This document shows positions 20,790 to 30,424 of a stretch of 64,000 nucleotides of DNA, piece by piece. The stretch spans positions 1,024,001 to 1,088,000 of the forward strand of contig CAWCKY010000003.1 of assembly GCA_963796275.1 (NCBI GenBank), written 5' to 3'. Position 1 is the stretch's first letter. Each line of letters opens with the position of its first letter. The DNA comes from an uncultured Acidobacteriota bacterium. Its GTDB lineage: Bacteria; Acidobacteriota; Blastocatellia; RBC074. The position numbers and the translations under genes are program-made. Under the pieces are notes generated by a model. The model did no database searches, had not been told where the DNA came from, and worked only from the letters and a program-made list of their open reading frames with translations.

Positions 20790-21733
20790 TGATAAAACGT
20801 CTGGCGAACCCTCGCATCGCTATCTTGCTCGTTATTTCTGCAATATTTTTGGTTATACCCATCGCCGGAAAATTGCAGAACCAATCCTCACGATCCATCT
20901 TGACTCGACCTACACCACCATCAGATCAGCGTGTTCAATACGGCAAAGACCCTCTGCAGTTCGGCGATCTACGTTTACCCAAGGGCTCGGGCCCGCACCC
21001 GGTTGCCATCATAATTCACGGCGGGTGCTGGTTGTCGGAGTACGGGCTTTCGTATATGAGTCACCTCGCCGGCGATCTGACCGGGGCCGGAATTGCGACG
21101 TGGAACCTGGAATACCGCCGCGTCGGAGACGACGGTGGCGGATGGCCGGGCACCTTTCAAGATGTGGCGCTCGGCGCCGATCATTTGCGAGCGCTGGCGA
21201 AGACCTATCCGCTCGATCTCAACCGCACCATTGCAATAGGTCATTCCGCTGGCGGTCATCTGGGCTTATGGCTGGCGGCACGCAAACAGTTATCCAAAGA
21301 GAGCTCGCTCTATGCGGCGGATCCTTTGCCATTGCTAGGCATCGTGGGCCTGGCAGCCATCCCGGACTTGAGCGCGACCGGGACAGCTTGCGATCAATCA
21401 GTCCTCCAGTTGATGGGCGGTCCCCCGGATGAAGTGCGCTCTCGTTATCGACAGACATCGCCCATCGAATTGCTGCCGCTCGGAGTCAGGCAGATATTAT
21501 TCCATGGAGAAATGGACAACCTCGTGCCGGCTGCAATGTCAAAGGAATACGCCGAAGCCGCAAAAGGTAAAGGCGACGACGTCAAACTTATAATGATCGA
21601 GAATGCGAGCCATTTTGAACCCGTGGATCCATCGTCATCCGCGTGGCCTGGAGTGAAAGAAGAGGTTTCCAAGTTATTGAAACTTATTGAAACGCCACAA
21701 AAAACACGAACAGAAAAAAATCACAAAAGCTAA
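20789..21733 (+). CDS. Alpha/beta hydrolase (esterase/lipase-like)
   Basis: HGG oxyanion motif, GHSAGG nucleophile elbow, candidate catalytic Asp (GEMDNLVP) and His (ASHFE); start overlaps the ALDH stop. Confidence 0.88.
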   Translation: MIKRLANPRIAILLVISAIFLVIPIAGKLQNQSSRSILTRPTPPSDQRVQYGKDPLQFGDLRLPKGSGPHPVAIIIHGGCWLSEYGLSYMSHLAGDLTGAGIATWNLEYRRVGDDGGGWPGTFQDVALGADHLRALAKTYPLDLNRTIAIGHSAGGHLGLWLAARKQLSKESSLYAADPLPLLGIVGLAAIPDLSATGTACDQSVLQLMGGPPDEVRSRYRQTSPIELLPLGVRQILFHGEMDNLVPAAMSKEYAEAAKGKGDDVKLIMIENASHFEPVDPSSSAWPGVKEEVSKLLKLIETPQKTRTEKNHKS

Positions 21734-21790
21734 GAAGAAGCAGAGTCCTTTTTATGTTTGTGGTGTATTTGTGGCGCACCTCATCGGAAA

Positions 21791-22915
21791 ATGCCAGCTG
21801 TGGGACAGGTACTTCACATAGCCTTTATGCTTGCGGTTTTGCCGCTGTTTCAGCATCCGGCGGAAGTCGCTGCCCGATTCAATCGTGCGGTCGAGCTACA
21901 GCGACAGGGCGCGCTGGAAGAGGCAGCCGCCGAGTATCGGACCGTGATAAAGTCGGCTCCGGATTATGCAGAAGCACACGCAAATCTCGGCTCGGTAATG
22001 TCGCGCCTGGGGAAATATGACGAAGCCATCGCGGGATATGAGGCTGCTCTCCGCATCAATCCGCAACTCAAACCCATTCTGCTCAACCTCGGCATAGCGC
22101 ACTACCGGGCAGGCAGGTTCGCGAAGGCGGTGGAAAATCTTGAAAAGTTTCTCCAGACAATACCGGATCATCTGCAGGCACGCCAGCTTCTCGGCATCTC
22201 GCTGGTCGCGATCGGGCGCGATGCGGATGGAGTAGCGCAACTTGAACCTCTATCGAAGGCTACCGATGATCCGACCACCCTCTATAGCCTGGGGCTGGCC
22301 TATTTGCGCCTCAATCGATCTGATTTAAAAGCGATCATCTCACAACTAGCTGCTTCCTCTGCCGGCAAACCCTTGAGTCTTCTGCTCCGCGGGCAATGGC
22401 TGCTGGGTAAACTCGAATTCAAACAGGCGGCAGAGGAACTGGAAGCGGCCGCAAAATTCGACCCCGATCTGCCGCGACTGCAGTACTCACTTGGGCTTAG
22501 TTATCTCAAAATCGGCCGTTCGCAGGAAGCCCGCGCATGCTTTGAACGCGAACTTCGCCAATCTCCTCAGGATTTTTCGTATCTCTTCTATTCGGCTTAT
22601 GCCCATGAATTATCGGGAGAGCTCGAAGTCGCACGCCGGCGCAGCGAAGAAGCCTTGAAACTGGAGCCCTCGTCGCCGGAAGCGAATACTTTGCTCGGTA
22701 AGATCCTGTTAAAACAGGGGAAAGCTGCCGACGCGGTCGCGCCGCTTGAATCCGCAGTCGCAAATGACCCCGCGGATTCGGAGAAGCGTTACCTGCTCGC
22801 CCGCGTCTACCAGCAGCTCGGCCGACGGAAGGATGCGGCGCGCGAACTCGCCGAGGTTCAACGCCTGAAAAATAAGGCGCTTGAACAGGAAAAGACCCAC
22901 GGTAAAAAGCCGTAA
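21791..22915 (+). CDS. Tetratricopeptide-repeat protein, probably exported
   Basis: Multiple TPR motifs (PDYAEAHANLG, LLNLGIAHY, YSLGLAY); start uncertain. Confidence 0.85.
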   Translation: MPAVGQVLHIAFMLAVLPLFQHPAEVAARFNRAVELQRQGALEEAAAEYRTVIKSAPDYAEAHANLGSVMSRLGKYDEAIAGYEAALRINPQLKPILLNLGIAHYRAGRFAKAVENLEKFLQTIPDHLQARQLLGISLVAIGRDADGVAQLEPLSKATDDPTTLYSLGLAYLRLNRSDLKAIISQLAASSAGKPLSLLLRGQWLLGKLEFKQAAEELEAAAKFDPDLPRLQYSLGLSYLKIGRSQEARACFERELRQSPQDFSYLFYSAYAHELSGELEVARRRSEEALKLEPSSPEANTLLGKILLKQGKAADAVAPLESAVANDPADSEKRYLLARVYQQLGRRKDAARELAEVQRLKNKALEQEKTHGKKP

Positions 22916-23023
22916 AATATCTAATTACAGAATTTAATACCGAGCGACTTCAAATTAAGATTAATATATCGCTCAATGAGGAGATTATATAAATTATAGA
23001 TACAATCTTTTTTATCTAAATCC

Positions 23024-23052
23024 TTGACAGTATTTAATGTCAAACAGATAAT
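23024..23052 (+). promoter_or_regulatory. Sigma70 promoter of the TonB-dependent receptor, with a palindromic operator over the -35
   Basis: TTGACA-N17-GATAAT; the inverted repeat TTGACA-N8-TGTCAA spans 23024-23043. Confidence 0.65.
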
Positions 23053-23285
23053 CGAATAAGCCGATAATACCAATCATAAAAGCTCGGGATCCTCAAATAG
23101 TCGGCAAGCTGGGATGGCTGGACGAAGACAAACCTGAAGTTTCTGATCCATAAAAATCTGAAAGAATCTGCTTCAAAAAGACAGAAAGCAGCTGACTGCG
23201 AATAATCCGCAGAACAGTATATTTACAATTTGGCGTTCATCCCAAATCGATTCGGGTGTTCGTCTTTGATTCGATGGAGGAGAGC

Positions 23286-26200
23286 ATGCGTTTAGAAATC
23301 CCTGCCAAACGATTATTTCCGGCTTTGGCATTTGTTATGCTTTTCAGCCTCGGTCTCGCTGTATACGGGCAGACGAGCGCGAGCCTGAGCGGAACGGTAC
23401 ACGATCCCCAAGGAAATGCTGTGGTTGGGGCGAAAGTTGTATTGACTGATCCAACCAGAAATCTAGTGCTTCAAACTATCACCAGTAGTGAGGGCACTTT
23501 CACATTCACTCCGATTCAACCGAGCGTCTACACGGTGACGGTTGAAGCGCCGGGCTTCAAGAAGAGCCTCCGGACAGGAATAGTCGTCAACGTTGCCGAC
23601 AAGCAGTCAACCGGTCTGATCGTTCTTGAAGTAGGTGAGATCGGCGATGTCGTCGAAGTAACGGCAGACGCGGCGCAATTGCAGATCAAGACAGAGAGCG
23701 GTGAGATAAGTCAGGTGGTCAGCGGCGAGCAAGTCAACAATCTCGCGCTCAATGGAAGAAACTATCTCGATCTGGTCAAAATCACGCCCGGCGTTGTGAG
23801 CTTCGTCAATGCGCAGACGGCGGGGCCAGGCGGTTTGTCAGGATTCAATATCAATGGCACGCGCGCCAACCAGCATAATCTGACGATTGACGGCACGACC
23901 AATGTCGATACGGGCTCGAACGGCACGCAGCACATAGCGCTCGCGCTCGATAATATTGCTGAATTCAAGATTCTCTCTTCGGCGTACCAGGCGGAATATG
24001 GGCGCTCTGCGGGCGGCGACATCAAAGTGCTGACCAAGAGCGGCGGCAAGGAATTTCACGGCACCGGTTATTACTTTCACCGGCACGAGCAGTTCAATGC
24101 CAACAGCTATTTGAACAATGCTGACGGACGTCGTACGGATGGTTTTGAGAACAGCCCACGCAACTTCTATCGCTACAACTACCAAGGATACAATATCGGC
24201 GGTCCGGTCCTCCTCCCCAAGAAAATCTTCGGACCATTGGGTTCTGAGAAGGTCAGAGAAAAACTATTCTTCTTCTGGTCGCAGGAATGGCAGGAACAGT
24301 TATTGCCTGCCGGCAACTTCAACTTCCGTTCGAATCAATCGCGCGTGCCCACGGCAGCTGAAGTCGCAGGAGATTTCAGCGGGTTGAGGGATGGTAACGG
24401 CGCCCCTATTTTCCTGCGCGATCCGCAGGCGGCCGGTTTATGCCAGGCCACACCGGACAGCCCGGTACCAGGAACGAATTATCAAGCAGGATGTTTTCAA
24501 GACATTACGCGCGCGACTACCGGCAATCCGCTAGGCTTGAACATCATTCCGACCGGGCGCATCAATTCAAACGGGCAGGCGATTCTGAGTTACTTCAACA
24601 GGTTCGAGAATACTTCGCTTGCCTCCAGCCCGAACGGTTCGCTCTTCAACCACGCGTCACAGGCGAGCGCGGGATATCCGCGACGCGAATTCAACATTCG
24701 CTTAGATTACAATCTCAGTGAAACCACGCGTATGTACGTCCGCTACACGCGCGATGCCGACCAGCAGATTCTGCCCTACGGTCTCGGTTGGACAGGCGGC
24801 GCCAATCGTGTGCCGATTGACAACCTGATTTTCAGACAGGCTCCAGCCTGGAACAGCACCTACAACCTGACTTCGACGCTATCGCCAACGCTTACCAACG
24901 AATTCGTTTTCGGCGCGAGTCAAAACAATTTGACGCTCGATCCGACGAACGCGGACGCGGCGACCTATGCCGGCTTCGGTTTTAATTGGAGGACGCCCTT
25001 CCCATATCCGGCGAGCCAGTTCATCAACATCAGTTTTGCCGGCGTCCCTGGCCTCGCTGCCTCGACAGATGGCAACACCAACGTGGGCTTTGCCGGAACT
25101 AACGGCTACAGCCAGTTCCCCTACAAGAACTCGAACTCCACTTTCGACTTTTACGATAACGTAAGTAAGGTATTCGGAACCCACACGGCAAAGGCCGGAA
25201 TCTATGTACAACGCAGCCGCAAAGATCAGGCGGCCGGCAATTCGATGAGCATCGTCTTCTCGAACAACCCCAACGATCCGAACAATACGCGTCATCCCTA
25301 TGCCAATGCGCTGCTGGGTAACTTCAACAATCTGACCCAGCCGACTACCGGTATCTATCAAGGCCAGTATCGTTCGACCAACGTTGAATGGTACCTGCAG
25401 GATAACTGGAAAGTTAACCGCCGATTGACGCTCGATTACGGCCTTCGTTTCAACTGGATTCAACCGCAGTTCGACCAACGGCTACAGGGAGGATTTTTCG
25501 TCCCGAGTCAGTTTGATCAGTCCCAGGCCGTACGTTTATACATGCCGACATGTGCCGGGGGCGCGTTCCCCTGCGGGGGAGGTGATAGGCGCGCGGATGA
25601 CCCGGGCACGCCGACAGTTGAGCAACTGGACGCTTTCTTGATTGGCCGAGTTGTGCCCGGTTCGGGCAACAACTTTAACGGGATGCAGATTCCCGGTAGC
25701 GGCATCGAACGCGGCGGCTTCAAGAATCGTGGTATTCAGTTCGGCCCGGCTTTCGGGTTTGCCTACGATGTATTTGGCAATCAGAAGACCGTCTTGCGCG
25801 GCGGTTACCGCATCGGTTACGACCGGGTGTCGGGCAACAATGTGATCTTCCCGTCGGTCGAACAACCGCCGACCTTCATCAACCCGCAATTCGATTTCGG
25901 CAACCTCAACACGGTCGGCACCGGCACGGGCACCCCCGCGCTCGGTACCGTGAATGTGCGCGGCGCCGATTTCGAGGGCTACATTCCGAATGTGCAGAGC
26001 TTCAGCCTGCAGGTGCAGCAGGACATTGGTTTTGATACGGTTGTGACTGCCGGATATGTCGGCTCGCTCTCGCGCCATCTGCCGGAAGACATCAACCTCA
26101 ATGCTCTGCCTTACGGCATACTTTTCACGCAAGCGGCGCAAGATCCGACCCAATTTGCCGGCGGTGTGCCGGCTGCCGATCCAAGTATCGCTCAGGTTTA

Positions 26201-27158
26201 CAAAGATGCCGGGCTGGGTTTCGACGGCTCCAAAGCCCTACCAGCCAACTTTTTACGCCGCTATCCGGGTTACGGGGTGGTACAGATGAAGACCTTCGGC
26301 GGTTCTTCCAACTACCATTCGCTGCAAGCGACGTTGCAACGCCGCTTCAGACAGGGGCTGACTTTCGGAATGTCCTACACGTGGTCGAAGGCGCTCGGTA
26401 CGGCGCAAGACGATGAAGGGAACTTCATTAACCCGGTGTGCTCACGCTGCTTCGATTACCGCCCACTCAACTTTGACAGAACTCATAATATGGTGGTCAA
26501 CTACTTATGGGACCTGCCCAAGCTGAAGTACAATAATCGGTTGGTCAAAGGCGTACTGAACGACTGGCAGATCACTGGCATCACTACGTTCCAGACGGGC
26601 GTGCCGACCGAACTGAACTTCGGTATCCCGAACATAGACGTCAATCAGCGAATCATCGGCACGTACGAAGAAGGGCAGAATGCTATACGCGTGCGGCCTG
26701 TCATCAATGGCGACGTCCAGACGGATGTTACGGGTGGGTCAGACCAGGGTGGGTCGTCACTCGACATCACGGCGATCGGCCTGCCGAACATCAATCCGGG
26801 GCCACAGGCTCGCACATTCGTGCGACGTCCGGGTATCAACGTAACCGACCTCTCAGTTTTCAAGAAGTTCCAGCTGGGCGGCGATGGTCAACGTTATATC
26901 CAACTGCGGCTTGAAACCTTCAACGTCTTTAACCAGGCGCAGTTTGACAACTTCGACACTGGCATAGCTTTCGACATTACCGACTTTGACCAGTACGGAT
27001 CGAAGCGGGTAGGCTCGCCTCAGACGATACGCAACACACGCACGGGCGTGGCTGCCGCGAGCGGCCGCCTCGGTCGCGCGCTCGGCGAATTCAATGGGCA
27101 GCCGGCTTTTGTTTCGCGAAACAGGACGGTACAGCTCGCGTTAAAAATTTACTTCTAA
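23286..27158 (+). CDS. TonB-dependent receptor (Oar-like, with N-terminal carboxypeptidase-regulatory-like domain)
   Basis: Signal peptide; GTVHDPQG...GAKV; LNGRNY; AEYGRSAGG; terminal QLALKIYF ending in Phe; GGAGG RBS before ATG 23286. Confidence 0.92.
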   Translation: MRLEIPAKRLFPALAFVMLFSLGLAVYGQTSASLSGTVHDPQGNAVVGAKVVLTDPTRNLVLQTITSSEGTFTFTPIQPSVYTVTVEAPGFKKSLRTGIVVNVADKQSTGLIVLEVGEIGDVVEVTADAAQLQIKTESGEISQVVSGEQVNNLALNGRNYLDLVKITPGVVSFVNAQTAGPGGLSGFNINGTRANQHNLTIDGTTNVDTGSNGTQHIALALDNIAEFKILSSAYQAEYGRSAGGDIKVLTKSGGKEFHGTGYYFHRHEQFNANSYLNNADGRRTDGFENSPRNFYRYNYQGYNIGGPVLLPKKIFGPLGSEKVREKLFFFWSQEWQEQLLPAGNFNFRSNQSRVPTAAEVAGDFSGLRDGNGAPIFLRDPQAAGLCQATPDSPVPGTNYQAGCFQDITRATTGNPLGLNIIPTGRINSNGQAILSYFNRFENTSLASSPNGSLFNHASQASAGYPRREFNIRLDYNLSETTRMYVRYTRDADQQILPYGLGWTGGANRVPIDNLIFRQAPAWNSTYNLTSTLSPTLTNEFVFGASQNNLTLDPTNADAATYAGFGFNWRTPFPYPASQFINISFAGVPGLAASTDGNTNVGFAGTNGYSQFPYKNSNSTFDFYDNVSKVFGTHTAKAGIYVQRSRKDQAAGNSMSIVFSNNPNDPNNTRHPYANALLGNFNNLTQPTTGIYQGQYRSTNVEWYLQDNWKVNRRLTLDYGLRFNWIQPQFDQRLQGGFFVPSQFDQSQAVRLYMPTCAGGAFPCGGGDRRADDPGTPTVEQLDAFLIGRVVPGSGNNFNGMQIPGSGIERGGFKNRGIQFGPAFGFAYDVFGNQKTVLRGGYRIGYDRVSGNNVIFPSVEQPPTFINPQFDFGNLNTVGTGTGTPALGTVNVRGADFEGYIPNVQSFSLQVQQDIGFDTVVTAGYVGSLSRHLPEDINLNALPYGILFTQAAQDPTQFAGGVPAADPSIAQVYKDAGLGFDGSKALPANFLRRYPGYGVVQMKTFGGSSNYHSLQATLQRRFRQGLTFGMSYTWSKALGTAQDDEGNFINPVCSRCFDYRPLNFDRTHNMVVNYLWDLPKLKYNNRLVKGVLNDWQITGITTFQTGVPTELNFGIPNIDVNQRIIGTYEEGQNAIRVRPVINGDVQTDVTGGSDQGGSSLDITAIGLPNINPGPQARTFVRRPGINVTDLSVFKKFQLGGDGQRYIQLRLETFNVFNQAQFDNFDTGIAFDITDFDQYGSKRVGSPQTIRNTRTGVAAASGRLGRALGEFNGQPAFVSRNRTVQLALKIYF

Positions 27159-27189
27159 CCAAACGCTGTAACGTCAATAGCCAATGGCC

Positions 27190-27221
27190 GGGGGTTGCAA
27201 GTTCGTTGCAACCCCCTTTTT
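27190..27221 (+). terminator. Rho-independent terminator after the TonB-dependent receptor
   Basis: GGGGGTTGCAA-GTTCG-TTGCAACCCCC followed by TTTTT. Confidence 0.8.
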
Positions 27222-27235
27222 ACTAGGAGAGTCCG

Positions 27236-28286
27236 ATGCCGGATGCGCGATCTCCACAACCCAGGATGGTGTTACTCGGATTTAAACGTCATTTTATTAT
27301 TATGATCGGTGCGGCGATCTTTGTGCTGGCGCCTGGCGATGTCGCAGCCGTAGCGGACCCGATTCGGCAGGGCGGCTTCGTCGTTTTCGGGCGCGTTTCT
27401 TTACCTGACGGACGTCCCGCGGGAAGAGTGAAGGTATTTCTCGAAACGCTGAATGGTTTGAAGCGTGATGTGTTGACCGATGATCAGGGAAATTATGAAT
27501 TTCGCGGGCTGGGCGCTGGGCGTTATCGCCTCTCCGCAACAAACCCGAATGAACCGAAGCAATTTTCCGATCGGGCTGAATCAGATAATACTCGCGCGTT
27601 CGCGAACCGCGTCCAGGTCGACATCTATCTGCGCCTCCCGCATAGTGAAGCAGATAGGAATCATAAACCGGGCACAATCGATGTGTCGGAGGCAGCTCAA
27701 AGCATTCCCAAACCGGCGCGCAAGGCTTATGAACAAGGGCTTAAATCGCAAAAAGAGAATCGACTCGAAAAGGCGATGGCAAGTTTCAATCAGGCGCTCG
27801 AGATTTATCCCGGATACTTTCAGGCATTGACCGATCGCGGCAATCTTCTCATGCAGCAGAACAAATTGACGGAAGCGATGGGCGACTTCGAACGCGCCCT
27901 GCAGATCAACGGACAATACAGCCCGGCCCTGCGAGGCGCCGGGTATTGCAATATTCAACATCGCAAATATGAAGTTGCCATCGGTCTTCTGGAAAAATCG
28001 CTCATCTACGAACCGAAGATCGCCCTTTCGCATATGTTGCTCGGCTATGCCAACCTGTCGCTCAATCGCTACGAACAAGCGAAGCAGGAGTTGCAACAGG
28101 CACTGAAACTCGGGCCTGATAGTGTCAGTGCGGGCGCGCGTCTATCTTGCCGAAGTGCTCGCTTACGAACAAAAATTCAAAGAGGCCGCCGATGAAATCC
28201 GGTCTTATCTGAGATTAAAACCGGAAGCTCCGGATGCAGAAAGCCTGAAGAAGCTGGAAGCCGATTGGCGGGCGCGCAGTAAGTAA
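27236..28286 (+). pseudogene. Carboxypeptidase-regulatory-like domain + TPR protein, frameshifted near 28125 (pseudogene or assembly error)
   Basis: ORF 27236-28195 loses TPR character after ...GPDS; another frame continues VRARVYLAEVLAYEQKFKEAADEIRSYLRLKPEAPDA... to TAA at 28284-28286. Confidence 0.75.
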
Positions 28287-28381
28287 GTGGAAACAAAAGG
28301 CAAAACGAACTTAAGAGTAGCTCTGCAGTTAACCCCTTTTTGTTTCCAATTTGCTTTTCTTTTGGGCTACTGTTTATCGTT

Positions 28382-29498
28382 ATGGCGCACTTTCTATTAA
28401 CAATTTTTCTGATTTCATTCTTTTTTCAGCAAACGCCGGATGCCGCTTCTGCGCAATTCAACCGCGCGCTTGCATTACAACAGGAAGGCAAGATGGCCGA
28501 GGCTGTGGATGCATATCGCGCACTGCTTAAACAGAAGCCCGATTATGTCGAAGCTCATGCCAACCTGGGCGTCGTGCTCTCCCGCCTCGGGAGATACGAC
28601 GAAGCGATAGCCGCCTATGAGACGGCATACAGGCTTGCGCCACATCTGACGCCGATCTTGCTTAACCTCGGAATCGCACATTACCGCGCGGGGCGGTTCG
28701 CCAAGGCAGCGGAAATCTTCCCGCAATTTCTGGAAAAGAATCCCGACTCGGTCCAAGCGCACCAGCTCTATGGCCTTTCCCTGGCAGCCTTGGAGCGATA
28801 CGAAGAGGCGATAGCTCAACTCGAACCGATGCGAGATGCCGCACAACCCGATCCGGCTGTGCTCTACACGCTCGGTCTGGCCTATTTGCGCGCAGGCAAA
28901 GCCGGTCTTCAGGCTACGCTCGAACGGCTGGCCTCTTTTCTCGCGGGGTTGCCCGCGCTCCACCTATTGCAGGGCCAGGCATTTCTGCGAGAATCTCGAG
29001 TTCGAGCAGGCGCTCGAAGAATTGAAAGAAGCAGAGAAACTCAATCCCGATCTGCCGCGGTTGTACTATGCCCTGGGACTCGCGCATCAAAGGCTGGGCC
29101 ACAACAAAGAAGCGATCGCGGCTTTTGAAAACGAGATTCGCCGCTCGCCTCGGGATGCCTCGACGCTCTACTTCCTAGCGCTGGTTCTGGAGGCAGATGG
29201 GAACCTGACGGCGGCGGGACAACGAGTCAACGAATCGCTCAAGATCGACCCGCAATCGCCAGAAACCAATGGGTTACTGGGCAAGATACTTTTCAAGCAG
29301 GGAAAGGCTGCCGAAGGTTTGAAACCTCTGGAGACGGCCGTCATAAAAAAACCCGAAGACCCTGAATTGCGCTACCTGCTTGCGCGCATTTATCAGCAGT
29401 TGGGGCGGCCAGAAGATGCAGCGCGCGAATTCGCCGAGGTACAGAAGTTGAAAGCAAAGATGCTGCAGGAGGACAGGGCAAGGGCTCCGAAACATTAA
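28382..29498 (+). pseudogene. TPR protein paralogous to 21791-22915, frameshifted near 28990 (pseudogene or assembly error)
   Basis: N-terminal half in ORF 28340-29128 (...HLLQGQAFLR) and C-terminal half in ORF 28836-29498 (LEFEQALEEL...); the joined sequence aligns end to end with the upstream paralog. Confidence 0.8.
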
Positions 29499-29565
29499 AA
29501 GCGTCGTGGGCCTCGGTGAGGGACGTGTCGCGCCAAGGCCCACAAGTATTAAAATAAGTTACGTT

Positions 29566-30168
29566 TTACTTGATCACCTTCACGTATCCATACATACCCT
29601 CATTGAAATGCGGCAGTACTCCGCAGATCACCAGGTATGTCCCGGGTTTCTCGAATTGCACTACCTCGACACGGTCTCGAGAAGATTGCGATCGCGGGTC
29701 CGGACCTCTGTATATCCGCTTGTTCGGATCGTCGATCAGTGGCGGAGCTGACATTGGGACGAGTAAGGTTGTATTTATGTCGGTGGGTTTCGTCCCGTCA
29801 TCGTAGACGATGATATTGTGAAGACCGGCGATGATGAAGTTCACCGAACCGCCTGCTCTGATCAGGGCGAGCTCCGGTATTAACTCATGAGCGTTGCCGG
29901 CTCCACCTGTGGGGGTTGCGAATCTGTCCAGCGGCGTGGTTGACGATGCTATCCACGCGCCAAAACTGACTGTGGCATTGGAGAGGATACCGAAATTCAG
30001 TGAATCCGTATTACCTTTATCACGGGATTTATGGGCTGAATGCTCAGTGGCTGCGCTGACGTTTGGCTCCCGCGGATCGTAGACATTCGCCAGCACCAAA
30101 TAAGTCGCCAAACCGGCGACTAGAAATGCCGTGGTGCAAATTATCGAGATGCGTGCTCGTTTAATCAT
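29566..30168 (-). CDS. Exported cupredoxin / blue-copper-like protein
   Basis: N-terminal hydrophobic segment; upstream His (GLHNI) and C-terminal PGTYLVICGVLPHFNEGM (C-x4-H-x4-M type 1 copper ligands). Confidence 0.75.
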   Translation of the reverse strand: MIKRARISIICTTAFLVAGLATYLVLANVYDPREPNVSAATEHSAHKSRDKGNTDSLNFGILSNATVSFGAWIASSTTPLDRFATPTGGAGNAHELIPELALIRAGGSVNFIIAGLHNIIVYDDGTKPTDINTTLLVPMSAPPLIDDPNKRIYRGPDPRSQSSRDRVEVVQFEKPGTYLVICGVLPHFNEGMYGYVKVIK

Positions 30169-30424
30169 TCATTTCCTCCTGTTGAAATGTCGGGATTATT
30201 TGTTTATTGGTTTTACCCCGTTAGAGTTATGAAAATAATCTTTCAGGGTAGGCATCATTCCACCAGCCATGAGGCTGAGCCAAGGGGTAGAAGAGAACAG
30301 CTATAAGAGCCGCTAGGATCAGATGCTTTTAATTGATTGGCTTAAAATATTTATAACTTCGTGAGGGGAAAGTCAAGGCGGTGTCATTTTGTGATAACGG
30401 CGTTATGCTTACGCCGCTTCATTT

